Assembly (NCBI GenBank): GCA_004298675.1
Contig: SCRI01000083.1
Location: forward strand, 16,037-80,036
Source of the DNA: a bacterium
GTDB lineage: Bacteria; Vulcanimicrobiota; Vulcanimicrobiia; Vulcanimicrobiales; SCRA01
DNA length: 64,000 bases
Direction: 5' to 3'
In this document: piece by piece, positions 1 through 9,042 of the stretch
How the letters are laid out: each line of letters begins with the position of its first letter
Numbering within the stretch: position 1 is the stretch's first letter
Position numbers and translations under genes: made by a program
The notes under the pieces: generated by a model
Told to the model about the DNA's origin: nothing
What the model saw: only the letters and a program-made list of their open reading frames with translations
The model's database searches: none

Positions 1-279
1 CGCCACGTGCTCCCCAACGTCGCCTCCTCGGTGACGGTCATCGCCACGTTCGAGCTGGCGCGCGCCATCATCTTCGAAGCGGCGCTCTCGTTCCTGGGGC
101 TGGGCGTTCCGCCCGCCGTGCCTTCGTGGGGCAACATGCTCGCGGAGGGGCGGCAATATCTCGATACGGCCTGGTGGATGGGTACGTTCCCGGGCTTGGC
201 GATCATGCTGACGGTGTTGGGCGTCAACGTGCTGGGCGACGGCTTGCGCGACGCGCTCGATCCCAGCCTGCGGCCCTAG
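1..279 (+). CDS. ABC transporter permease, C-terminal fragment (DppC/OppC type), 5' end outside window
   Basis: The frame is open to the window edge (codons R-H precede the GTG at 7). The tail FLGLGVPPAVPSWGNMLAEG...GLAIMLTVLGVNVLGDGLRDALDP matches the conserved C-terminus of peptide/nickel-type ABC permeases. Confidence 0.8.
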   Translation, partial: RHVLPNVASSVTVIATFELARAIIFEAALSFLGLGVPPAVPSWGNMLAEGRQYLDTAWWMGTFPGLAIMLTVLGVNVLGDGLRDALDPSLRP

Positions 280-1064
280 TTCCGCGCGTCTAAACGCCGT
301 GTCGACGCGAGCGTCCAGATAAAGACGATCAGCAGCGCGCCAACCATCGTTGCGCTGACTGCGAGGTCGGGGATCGGGGGCTGCCAGCCGAGCGCCTGCG
401 CGAGCTCGAAGCAGGCGACGGCCAGCGCCAGCACCGTGACGGCGACGATCCAATGGCGCTTCACGCGTTCGATGTCGGCGCTGCGGTGCGTGCACAGCCG
501 GTGGATCAGCACGCTGTCCAGGGTGTCGGTGGTAGCCATGCCGGCGCAGAAGATCGCGCCGACGGCAACGGCCACCGCTGCACCGCCGCTGGTGAGTGCC
601 AAAGCATAGGCTGCTACCTGGCTCGAGGTGTCGAAGCCCAGCCCGAAGAGTAGTCCGATGGGGAGGGCGGCATAGGGGCTGGTGGCATAGCGCAGGCGCC
701 GCGGTAAGAGTGCGCTCTTCAAGCCCATCGGCGCGGCATCCGGTGGCCGCGCGCGCAACATCGCGATGTTGAACGCCGCGATGGCAAAGAGGGTGACGAT
801 GCTGATCCACGTGCCCACCGCTTCGAGCTGCGCGCCGTGACGCGCGAGGCCCGCGCCGATCAAGCCGATCAGCAGCGCGATCGTGAGAACCATCACCGTG
901 TGCCCGCCCGCGAAGAGCGCGCCGATGAAGCGGCTGAGTGCGGGATGGCGTTCCAGCGAATTGCGCGTCAGATTGTCGATCGCCGCGAGATGATCGGGAT
1001 CGGCGCCGTGGCGCAATCCTAAGGCGAAGACCGTTACCGCGATGAGCCCGAAGCCGCCCGTCAC
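276..1064 (-). CDS. NiCoT-family nickel/cobalt permease (HoxN/HupN/NixA-like)
   Basis: 262-aa polytopic membrane protein. N-terminal GLRHGADPDHLAAIDNLTRN fits the H-x4-DH signature of NiCoT transporters. Confidence 0.75.
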   Translation of the reverse strand: MTGGFGLIAVTVFALGLRHGADPDHLAAIDNLTRNSLERHPALSRFIGALFAGGHTVMVLTIALLIGLIGAGLARHGAQLEAVGTWISIVTLFAIAAFNIAMLRARPPDAAPMGLKSALLPRRLRYATSPYAALPIGLLFGLGFDTSSQVAAYALALTSGGAAVAVAVGAIFCAGMATTDTLDSVLIHRLCTHRSADIERVKRHWIVAVTVLALAVACFELAQALGWQPPIPDLAVSATMVGALLIVFIWTLASTRRLDARN

Positions 1065-1168
1065 ATCGATTCCTCCGCCGACGCCGCTTCTGACAACCGT
1101 GCGTGGAGCCCTTGGTGCCTCTCTGCGGGAAAGGGAGCGGCGCTGGGGGAATCGGGGGGGCGACGCCC

Positions 1169-1867
1169 ATGGACAAGAGCACCTACGTGCGCGAAATGTT
1201 CGCGACGATTGCCCCTAAGTACGACTTGGCGAACCGGGTCATGACTGCCGGTATCGACGAGTCCTGGCGGCGGCGTGCCGTCCGCGAGCTTGGAATCTCC
1301 TCCGGCGGCGACATCCTCGACCTCTGCTGCGGCACGGGCGACCTCTCGTTTGCCAGCGCCCGGAGCGATCGTGCCCGCCGCGTCGTCGGGGTCGACTTCT
1401 GCGAGCCGATGCTCAAGGTTGCCCGGGAGCGCAACGCCGAGTTTTCCGACCGTGTGAGTTTCGTCGAGGGCGACGTGATGCGGCTGCCCTTCGAAGAGGC
1501 CCGCTTCGACGGCGCGACGATGGGCTTCTCGATGCGCAACGTCGTGGATATCCTCGCGACGCTGCGTGAGGTTCGCCGCGTGCTCAAGCCCGGCGCGCGC
1601 TTCGTCAACCTCGACGTTTCCAAGCCGCCCAATCCGGTCTGGCGCAGCCTCTTCTACTTTCACTTTTATAAAGTGGTGCCGCTCCTCGGCGGCCTGCTCA
1701 GCGGCTCGAAGAGCGCGTATGCGTATCTGCCCAACTCGCTGACCAGCTTCCCGGACGCCGACGGCTTGGCCGCGCGCTTTACCGAGGCGGGTTATCGTGA
1801 CGTGCGTTACGTGCGGCTGTTGGGCGGCATCGTGGCGATCCACGTGGGCACGGTGGCGGACCGATGA
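1169..1867 (+). CDS. ubiE: Demethylmenaquinone/ubiquinone C-methyltransferase (UbiE/MenG)
   Basis: MDKSTYVREMFATIAPKYDLANRVMTAGIDESWRR plus the SAM motif DLCCGTGD and VLKPGARF. The start was trimmed to the internal ATG (residue 23 of the track ORF). A 4-nt overlap (ATGA) links it to the next gene. Confidence 0.9.
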   Translation: MDKSTYVREMFATIAPKYDLANRVMTAGIDESWRRRAVRELGISSGGDILDLCCGTGDLSFASARSDRARRVVGVDFCEPMLKVARERNAEFSDRVSFVEGDVMRLPFEEARFDGATMGFSMRNVVDILATLREVRRVLKPGARFVNLDVSKPPNPVWRSLFYFHFYKVVPLLGGLLSGSKSAYAYLPNSLTSFPDADGLAARFTEAGYRDVRYVRLLGGIVAIHVGTVADR

Positions 1868-2820
1868 TCGAGGAGCAGCAAACCGATCTGCACGCGCTGG
1901 TGGAGAGCTTCTTTCGCGACCGCTTCTCCACCGACAACGTTCTGATCACCGAAGCCGTACAGCGCATGCTGCGCGCCGGTGGCAAGCGAATCCGGCCGCG
2001 CTTCACGCTGCTGGGCGCGCAGATTTGCGGCAGCGACGTGGAGCCGCATCTGCCGCTGGCCGCGTACATGGAGTTGATCCATGTGGCAACGCTCATCCAC
2101 GACGACGTGGTCGACGAAGCCCAGACCCGCCGCGGCGTCAACGCTACCGCCGTCGACTTCGGTAATCGCATCAGCGTGCTCGCCGGCGACTACCTCTTCG
2201 CGTGGATCTTCCGCAACGTCACCAAGCGTTATCCGCATCCCATTCCGATGATCCTGGCCCAGACCTTGGCCGACATCACCGACGGCGAGGTGCTCCAGCT
2301 GCGCTCGCTGGGCGACCTGGAGACGACCATGGACGCCTATCGCGAGACGGTGGGGAAGAAGACCGCCGCGCTCTTCGCATCTTCGGCGGAAGTCGGCGCC
2401 ATCATGGGCGGCGGCGAGCCGCCGGCCGTAGCCACGGTCAGGCGCTTCGCCCACCACTATGGGGTTGCATTTCAGATGCTCGACGATCTGCTCGACGTTA
2501 CCGCCACGCAGGCCGACCTCGGCAAGCCGGTGGCCAACGACTTGCGCGAGCACAAGATGACGTTCCCGCTGCTGATCGCGCTCGAGCGCGGCGGCCGGAG
2601 CCTGCGGGGCGAAGTCGAGGGCTACTTCGCCGACGGGGCGCAACCGCGTGGGGCGCAGCGCGTGATCGAGGCCATGCGGGCTTGCGGCGCCTTCGAGGCC
2701 GCGCGCGAGGCGATCGCGGCGGAAGTTCAACGGGCCCTCGACTGCCTCGCTCCGCTGGCTGAAACCCCCGCGAAGGCCTCGTTTACCACTCTCGCGAAGG
2801 CGCTCACCGTACACCGATAG
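1864..2820 (+). CDS. Long-chain polyprenyl diphosphate synthase (hepta/octaprenyl type)
   Basis: Both aspartate-rich motifs are present (LIHDDVVDEAQTRRG and FQMLDDLLD). It sits directly after ubiE/menG. Confidence 0.9.
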   Translation: MIEEQQTDLHALVESFFRDRFSTDNVLITEAVQRMLRAGGKRIRPRFTLLGAQICGSDVEPHLPLAAYMELIHVATLIHDDVVDEAQTRRGVNATAVDFGNRISVLAGDYLFAWIFRNVTKRYPHPIPMILAQTLADITDGEVLQLRSLGDLETTMDAYRETVGKKTAALFASSAEVGAIMGGGEPPAVATVRRFAHHYGVAFQMLDDLLDVTATQADLGKPVANDLREHKMTFPLLIALERGGRSLRGEVEGYFADGAQPRGAQRVIEAMRACGAFEAAREAIAAEVQRALDCLAPLAETPAKASFTTLAKALTVHR

Positions 2821-2836
2821 GAGTATCGAACGAACG

Positions 2837-3121
2837 ATGGCCACGCTTCTTCAACCACATCTCTACCTGGCGTTCATCGATGCGCCGATCATGCTCGTCG
2901 TCGTCGGTCTTGCCGTGCTGCTGTTCGGGGCCGACAAGTTGCCGAAGCTGGCGCGCGGCATGGGGCAGGCCAAGCGCGAGTTCATGGTGGGCCAGGCTGA
3001 GGCCGACGTCGTCGCCGAGCGTGCACGCGAGGACGCCCGCAAGCGCCTGACCGCGGAGAGTGCCGCAACCGAGGCGACTACTGAGACGACCACGCCCTCC
3101 GACGCACCGAAGACGACCTAA
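2837..3121 (+). CDS. tatA: Twin-arginine translocase subunit TatA/E
   Basis: 94 aa with an N-terminal TM helix followed by FGADKLPKLARGMGQAKREF (the TatA hinge/amphipathic helix motif). tatC lies directly downstream. Confidence 0.85.
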   Translation: MATLLQPHLYLAFIDAPIMLVVVGLAVLLFGADKLPKLARGMGQAKREFMVGQAEADVVAERAREDARKRLTAESAATEATTETTTPSDAPKTT

Positions 3122-3127
3122 ACCCGC

Positions 3128-3919
3128 GTGATCTCGGAGCACTCGTACCAAGGCGCCGATTCATCGGCCGCCGAGGAGCCGGCTTGGGACCAGAAGGAGA
3201 TGTCGCTGACGGAGCACCTGCGGGAGCTCCGTAACCGTCTTCTCATCGCCATTGCCACCGTCGGCGTCATCTCCGTGGTGGCGTTCCTGCCCTCGCAGTA
3301 CGCGATTCCGTACCTTGTCGGGCTCTACTTCCCGCCCGACATTCAGTTGCACGCCTTCGGCCCGGCCGACGTCATCGCCGTCGAGTTCAAATTCTCGCTG
3401 CTGGTGGGTGTGGTCGTGGGCCTTCCCGTGCTGCTCTACCAGTTCTGGATGTTCGTGATTCCGGCGATCAACCCCAAGGCGCGGCGCGTCGTCTACGCCT
3501 ACGTCGCGCCGTCGTTCTTCCTGGCGCTGGCCGGCATCGCGTTCTGCCATTTCCTCATCCTGCCGCACGTGGTCCGCGCGCTGCTGCTGATGACCTCCCA
3601 CGTGGCCGTGCCGACTTTCGGCATCGCACAGACGCTGGGGCTGATCCTGGTGATGATGCTCATCTTCGCCTTGATCTTCCAGCTGCCCGTGGTGGCGGTG
3701 GTCTTGGCGCGTCTGGGCCTCATCGACGCGCCGAAGATGCGCGCCTACCGGCGCTACGTCTTCATGACGTTCATGGTAGCCGGAGGCATCGCCGCTCCCG
3801 ACGGCAACCCGCTCACGATGGCGCTGATCGCCGTTCCCATGTATCTGCTCTACGAGGGCTCGATCATCGTCGTCGCGCTGCTGGAAAAATCCTGGAAAGC
3901 CGCCGACCCGTTTAGGTAA
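3128..3919 (+). CDS. tatC: Twin-arginine translocase subunit TatC
   Basis: MSLTEHLRELRNRL motif and six predicted TM segments. The start is uncertain: GTG at 3128 or ATG at 3200. Confidence 0.9.
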   Translation: MISEHSYQGADSSAAEEPAWDQKEMSLTEHLRELRNRLLIAIATVGVISVVAFLPSQYAIPYLVGLYFPPDIQLHAFGPADVIAVEFKFSLLVGVVVGLPVLLYQFWMFVIPAINPKARRVVYAYVAPSFFLALAGIAFCHFLILPHVVRALLLMTSHVAVPTFGIAQTLGLILVMMLIFALIFQLPVVAVVLARLGLIDAPKMRAYRRYVFMTFMVAGGIAAPDGNPLTMALIAVPMYLLYEGSIIVVALLEKSWKAADPFR

Positions 3920-3932
3920 ACATAGCGACATC

Positions 3933-5309
3933 ATGGCCACCGCCACCGAGCAACTCTCCAGCGCACAAGCGCTCTACGCCGAGTTCATCGACACGTTCGG
4001 CAACGTACTCTTCGCCGTCAGCCTGCTGGCGATCTGGGGAGTCATGACGCTGATCGGCGTCGTGGTCGATCAGGGCAAGAGCCCCTCGGCGTATTTCAAC
4101 GAATACCCGGCCCAGGTCGCACGCGCGGTCTTGCGCCTTGGCTTCGACCACATCTACCATTCGTACGAGTACGTCGGCCTGATCGGGCTGATTCTGGTCA
4201 GCCTGACCGTCTGCACGTTCAAGCGCGTGATTCCCGCGCGGCTGCCGCCCTTGCGTCCGGTGCTGGTCGACAAGATTCCGCTGCATGCCTTCATCGAGAC
4301 CAAAGGCAGCGAGAGCGAGGTGCGCGCGCGCTTGGAGGGCTTCTTCGCGCGGACCGGCTGGCAGATCCGGCGCAAGATCTTCAACGGCGTCGAGTGGACG
4401 TTCGCCGATAAGCACAATTGGGCACGCCGCGGCGTGCTGGTTGCCCATCTCGGCTTCGCCATCATCGCCGCCGGCACGACGCTCTACTGGTGGAAGGGCT
4501 ACTCGGGCGCGATGGCGGTGCTCTCGGGGCAGACCGTGCGGATACCGCAAAACGGCGATCTGCTGACGGTGCACTCGTTCAACTACACGATCAAGCCGAC
4601 GCAAACGCGGGGAGGCTTGATCTATCAGCCCGTGGACTACGTCTCCGATATCACCGCCGTCAGCGCCGGCGGTACCAGCACGCGCAACTTGCTGCGCGTC
4701 AACCATCCGCTGGAGTTCAACGGCATCTCGTACTACCAGGCATCGTACGGTTACGGGGTCACCTTCCGCATGACGCAGGCGGGGCACGCCGTCCCCGGCG
4801 TCCCCAGCACGCCCATGTTCGAAGGTGATGCCTTCCCCGTCGGCCCAACCGGGCGCTCGATCCAGTACTCCCAGTTCGTGGGTACGATCGATCCGCGCGC
4901 GCGTGGCGGCATCGGAGCGGACCCCCGCCCCTTCAACCCGGGCGTGGTCGTCACCGTGCTAGACGGCGACCAGCCCTTGGGCGAAGAGATCGTGCCGCTG
5001 GGGCGTGCCATCGACCTCGGCGGCGGCTACCGGTTGGAGCCGGTCTCCTACCGCCTCTACTCCGGTATCGAGTACCGCCACGACCCCGGCGTTCCGCTGG
5101 TGGGATTGGGGGCGCTCGTGCTGGTGACCGGCGTCTGCATCGCCTTCTACTTCTTGCCCGCGCGCCTCTTCGTGCGGCTGGACGGCGAGGGAGAGCGTTG
5201 GACGGTGGGGTTGGCGGCGCAGACGCCGAAGGGCTACACCATGTTCGAGGAGCAGTTCGCCGCGCTGGTGGCGTCGCTGCAGCGCTCCGAGGAGGCTAGC
5301 GTAACATGA
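3933..5309 (+). CDS. resB: Cytochrome c biogenesis protein ResB/Ccs1 (System II)
   Basis: 458 aa with N-terminal TM helices, a large soluble loop and a C-terminal TM helix. A 4-nt overlap couples it to the downstream ccsA. Confidence 0.8.
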   Translation: MATATEQLSSAQALYAEFIDTFGNVLFAVSLLAIWGVMTLIGVVVDQGKSPSAYFNEYPAQVARAVLRLGFDHIYHSYEYVGLIGLILVSLTVCTFKRVIPARLPPLRPVLVDKIPLHAFIETKGSESEVRARLEGFFARTGWQIRRKIFNGVEWTFADKHNWARRGVLVAHLGFAIIAAGTTLYWWKGYSGAMAVLSGQTVRIPQNGDLLTVHSFNYTIKPTQTRGGLIYQPVDYVSDITAVSAGGTSTRNLLRVNHPLEFNGISYYQASYGYGVTFRMTQAGHAVPGVPSTPMFEGDAFPVGPTGRSIQYSQFVGTIDPRARGGIGADPRPFNPGVVVTVLDGDQPLGEEIVPLGRAIDLGGGYRLEPVSYRLYSGIEYRHDPGVPLVGLGALVLVTGVCIAFYFLPARLFVRLDGEGERWTVGLAAQTPKGYTMFEEQFAALVASLQRSEEASVT

Positions 5310-6289
5310 CCCAGGCCGTGACACTCTTCTATGCCGTTGCCGTCCTCTGCTACGCGGGCGCGGGGCTGGCCCTGCTTGCCTTCTTCCTGTGGCGCAAGAG
5401 CTGGCAGTCGACCCTGGGCGTTCCGCTAGCCATCGCCGGCTTGGTCTCGCAGGCGCTGGCGATTGCGGCGGAGGCGCTGGCCACGGGCTGGTCTCCTACT
5501 TCGAATCTCTACGACTCGCTCTCGCTCTTCGTGGCCTTCACGGTACTGCTCTACGTGGTCTTCGCGCGGCAGTACAACCTCTGGTACATCGGCGGCTTCG
5601 TGCTGATCGTCGCCGACTTCTTCCTGGCCTATGCGGGCACGTGGAACGAGGGCTACCGTCCGCTGGTGCCGTCGCTGCAGTCGTATTGGCTGGCCATCCA
5701 CGTGCCGACCGTCGTCGCCGCCTACGCGGCCTTCACGCTGGCGTTCTGCACGAGCGTGCTCTACCTGATCAAGTTCTATCTCGAGCGCAGCCGTTCGGGC
5801 GGTGCCCCCATGAGCATGGGGCTGCAGCCGGCAGCAGCCGGCGCCGGCAACTCCACGGCGATGGCGATGGCGACGCTGGTGGCGCAGCGCACCGGCAACA
5901 CCGTGCAGGACGAGACGCCGGCGCTGGCGCTAGCCGCCGCGCAGGGCGACACCGTGGCCACGTGGCTGATGGGTATCCCGACGCTGGCCAAGCTCGACGT
6001 CATCACCTATCGCATCGTGGCCGTGGGCCTGCCGCTGCTCTCGCTGGGCATCATCATGGGTGCGATGTGGGCGAAAGAGGCCTGGGGCGCCTACTGGCAG
6101 TGGGATCCCAAGGAGACCGCGGCACTGGTCTGCTGGATCATCTACCTGGCTTACATGCATCTGCACACGCGCAGCCAGTGGCGCGGCGAACGCTGCAGCT
6201 GGATCGCCGTGGTGGGTTTCGCGGCCGTGATCTTCTGCTACTTGGGCGTGAACATCTGGATCAGCGGCCTACACAGCTACAAGGTGTAG
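5306..6289 (+). CDS. ccsA: Cytochrome c-type biogenesis protein CcsA/ResC (heme handling)
   Basis: Polytopic membrane protein with the tryptophan-rich WWD-type motif WGAYWQWDPKETAALVCW. Confidence 0.9.
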   Translation: MTQAVTLFYAVAVLCYAGAGLALLAFFLWRKSWQSTLGVPLAIAGLVSQALAIAAEALATGWSPTSNLYDSLSLFVAFTVLLYVVFARQYNLWYIGGFVLIVADFFLAYAGTWNEGYRPLVPSLQSYWLAIHVPTVVAAYAAFTLAFCTSVLYLIKFYLERSRSGGAPMSMGLQPAAAGAGNSTAMAMATLVAQRTGNTVQDETPALALAAAQGDTVATWLMGIPTLAKLDVITYRIVAVGLPLLSLGIIMGAMWAKEAWGAYWQWDPKETAALVCWIIYLAYMHLHTRSQWRGERCSWIAVVGFAAVIFCYLGVNIWISGLHSYKV

Positions 6290-6297
6290 CGTCACCG

Positions 6298-7932
6298 CTA
6301 CGAGCACGGTGGCCCGTCGTAGAGCACGAGCGTATCGCCGTCGATGCTCTCCAGCACGCGCAGCGTGCGGCCGAATGACGGTTGCGTATCCAGGCGCCGC
6401 GTCGACAGGATGACGAACGCACGCGGCGCGCCACAGACGAAGGTGCGCGTCTCGCTACCGTCGGCCAGCAACGCCTCCGCTTTAGGCAGCGTATAGAACG
6501 CCAGCGCATTGCCTCCGCTCACGCCTTGGACCGCTATGCGATCGCCGGGCCGGCGCAGTGCATTGATGTGGCCTGCCAGTGCCGGCACGGGCTTGAGAGC
6601 CTCGGCGTGCGGAACGCCGATCCAGACCGTGGCCGTAATCGCGCCCACGCTCGCGAGGGCCAGCGCGATGGGTGCCAGCGGCCGCGCCCTGGGGATCCAC
6701 AGCAGCACGAAGGTCGTCAACGAGCCCACGAAGACGATGGCTCCCAGCTCCAGCAGATAGGGCATCAGCCACGTGGTCTGCTGCGTGAAATGCATGGTGC
6801 GTGCGAAGAGCGCGATCGCTACCGCTAGCAGCAGAATGGTGAGCGGCACGGCGGCGGCGCTGATGCGGGCCGCGCGCAGCCGCGCCGCCGCCAGGGCGCG
6901 GTCCCACCACAGCGCCACCAGCCACGCCATCGCGGGGAGCGCCGACGCGATGTAGTTGGGCAGCTTGGTCTTGGCCAAACTATAGAAAACGAAGGTGACC
7001 ACGATCCAGACGACCAGGTAGCGCAGGAACGGCGCGCCGGCTTCGGCGTTGCGCGCACCGTCGCGGGCGGCGGTCCAGAGCGCCCACGGCAGGAAGGCCA
7101 CCCAAGGAAAAAACGCCAGAATCGCGACCGGCAGGTAGTACCAGAGCGGCCCCGTCTGGTTCTCCACCACTCCCAGGTAGCGGCCGACGGTATACTGCCC
7201 AAGAAAGGCTTGTGAGAAGCTCGCACCCTCGCGGGCGTAGACGGCGGCAAACCACGGCAGCGCCGTCAGCGCGAAGAGCCCGAGGGCCAGGCCCCAGGCG
7301 CGCCGGCCCAGGCGCGGCCAGCCCTTACCGTAGCGCGCGTTCCAGGCCATGTAGGCCAATACGATCAGCCCCGGCAGCAAGACGGCCACCGGGCCTTTGG
7401 CTAGCGTGCCCAGCCCCGCCCAGAACCAGCCCCAGATCAAGGCTTTGGAGTCGTCCTCCTCCGCGGCCCGGTACCAGAGCACCGTGGTGGCCAGCATGCA
7501 GAGATCGAGCAGCGCGTCCATGATCGCCAAGCGGCCGATGATCGCCTGCTCCAGCGCCGTGGAGAGGACCAGTGCCGAGAAGATGCCCGCACGCAGGCCG
7601 CCGCGGCGGGCGCCCACCCAGCCCGCCAGCGCCCCCATGGCGACGGTAGACAGCGCCGATGGGAGGCGCAGCGCAAAGGCGCTGACCCCCAGGAGCTTGG
7701 CGGCGATGGCGGCGAGCCAGAAGTAGAGCGGCGGCTGGATGAACCACGGCTGAAGGTGCTGGTGCATGACCAGCCAGTCGTGGGTGAAGAGGATCTCCCG
7801 CGCGACCTCGCCGTAGGCGGTCTCGCTGTTGTCCCAGAGCGTCCCCGCTCCCAGGGCCGGCAGGGTAACCGCGGCGGCAACGGCGGCGCCGATGGCTGCG
7901 GCGGTTCGGGCGGCACGGTCGCTGGGCGGCAT
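6298..7932 (-). CDS. GT39/ArnT-like membrane glycosyltransferase
   Basis: 544-aa polytopic protein. The N-terminal region (YGEVAREILFTHDWLVMH...PPLYFWL) is typical of the dolichyl-phosphate-mannose/ArnT family. Confidence 0.75.
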   Translation of the reverse strand: MPPSDRAARTAAAIGAAVAAAVTLPALGAGTLWDNSETAYGEVAREILFTHDWLVMHQHLQPWFIQPPLYFWLAAIAAKLLGVSAFALRLPSALSTVAMGALAGWVGARRGGLRAGIFSALVLSTALEQAIIGRLAIMDALLDLCMLATTVLWYRAAEEDDSKALIWGWFWAGLGTLAKGPVAVLLPGLIVLAYMAWNARYGKGWPRLGRRAWGLALGLFALTALPWFAAVYAREGASFSQAFLGQYTVGRYLGVVENQTGPLWYYLPVAILAFFPWVAFLPWALWTAARDGARNAEAGAPFLRYLVVWIVVTFVFYSLAKTKLPNYIASALPAMAWLVALWWDRALAAARLRAARISAAAVPLTILLLAVAIALFARTMHFTQQTTWLMPYLLELGAIVFVGSLTTFVLLWIPRARPLAPIALALASVGAITATVWIGVPHAEALKPVPALAGHINALRRPGDRIAVQGVSGGNALAFYTLPKAEALLADGSETRTFVCGAPRAFVILSTRRLDTQPSFGRTLRVLESIDGDTLVLYDGPPCS

Positions 7933-7999
7933 CTCGGGGCACTGAATTTAGTCGCGGCGCGCCCAATACCTGGAGCCCACGCCGCGCAAAGGATAGACT

Positions 8000-8017
8000 T
8001 TGTGCCGTTCCGAACAA
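8000..8017. promoter_or_regulatory. Rex-box-like imperfect palindrome upstream of hemC
   Basis: TTGTGCCGTTCCGAACAA compared with the Rex operator consensus TTGTGAA-N4-TTCACAA. 9 of 14 specified positions match. It lies about 42 nt upstream of the proposed hemC start. Confidence 0.2.
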
Positions 8018-8058
8018 GGGCGCCGCTCAGAGTCTCGGAGGCCGCAACGCCCTTCACC

Positions 8059-9042
8059 GTGTCCCGCAACGTTCCCACCGCTCTCGATCGCCGTGACGGC
8101 CCCTTGGTTGCCGCCACACGCGGCAGTGCGCTGGCTATGACGCAGACGCGCTGGGTGGCTCAACGTTTGGCGGTCTGCGGCGTCGCCACGAGCATCGAGA
8201 TCGTCCAGACCAAAGGCGATCGTATCCTCGATCGTACGCTCGTCTCCATCGGCGGCGACGGCCTCTTCGTCAAGGAGTTGGAGCGTGCGTTGGCCGATGG
8301 CCGGGCCGACTACGCGGTCCACTCGGCCAAGGACCTCCCCAGCCGGCTAGGCGAGGAGCTGGTGTTGGCGGCCATCTGCGAGCGGGAGGATCCGCGTGAT
8401 GCCCTGCTCTCCAATCGTTTCGACGTCGGCACGGAAGGTTTAGACGCGCTTCCACAAGGTGCGCGGATTGGGACGTCGAGCCTGCGGCGGCGCGCCCAGC
8501 TGGCGGCGCTGCGCCCGGATCTGTGCTTCAGCGATCTGCGCGGCAACGTCGATACGCGGCTGCGTAAGTTGACGGCCGGTGAGGCCGATGCGATCGTGCT
8601 AGCCAACGCCGGTCTGCGCCGTCTGGGTGTGGCGGCGCGCTACACCTGGCTCTTCGATCCCGCCGAGATGACGCCGGCGGTGGCTCAAGGGGCGCTGGCG
8701 GTAGAGTGCCGTGCCGGCGCGCCGGTGGCGCAGACGCTGCGCGCGGCGCTCAATGACGATGCGAGCGAACGCTGCGTGCGTGCGGAGCGCGCGCTGCTGC
8801 GCGTGCTGGAGGGCGGCTGCCAGGTGCCCGTGGGGGCCCATGCGACCTTGGACGGCGAGCGCCTGCGCCTGCACGCCGTGATCGCCTCGCTCGACGGCAC
8901 GCGCGTCGTGCGCGAAAGTGCCGAAGGTCCCGCCGGCGAACCCGAGCGCGTGGGCGTTGCGCTGGCGCGGCAATTGCTGGCAGCGGGCGGCGAGGCCATC
9001 TTGCGCGCCTTTCATCCAACCGAAGGAGGCTTCGAATCATGA
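8059..9042 (+). CDS. hemC: Hydroxymethylbilane synthase (porphobilinogen deaminase)
   Basis: LVAATRGSALAMTQTRWV..., GDRILD, GLFVKELE and RGNVDTRLRKL motifs. The track ORF (7756) carries a spurious extension. The start is taken at GTG 8059; TTG 8104 is also possible. Confidence 0.9.
   Translation: MSRNVPTALDRRDGPLVAATRGSALAMTQTRWVAQRLAVCGVATSIEIVQTKGDRILDRTLVSIGGDGLFVKELERALADGRADYAVHSAKDLPSRLGEELVLAAICEREDPRDALLSNRFDVGTEGLDALPQGARIGTSSLRRRAQLAALRPDLCFSDLRGNVDTRLRKLTAGEADAIVLANAGLRRLGVAARYTWLFDPAEMTPAVAQGALAVECRAGAPVAQTLRAALNDDASERCVRAERALLRVLEGGCQVPVGAHATLDGERLRLHAVIASLDGTRVVRESAEGPAGEPERVGVALARQLLAAGGEAILRAFHPTEGGFES

Noticed and set aside
7756-8058. Long N-terminal extensions in the ORF track. 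Affected genes: hemC from 7756, hemL from 10440, arginase to 18469, ilvE to 20572, TIGR00300 gene from 23202, hutD to 34269, acyl-CoA dehydrogenase from 43599, comEC to 32587, padR from 48559, rimI/tsaB/yqeK extensions.
   Set aside because: The extensions are Arg/Pro/Gly-rich, overlap neighbouring genes, and precede positions where the conserved family N-terminus begins. Starts were moved to internal ATG, GTG or TTG codons. The exact starts remain inferred.
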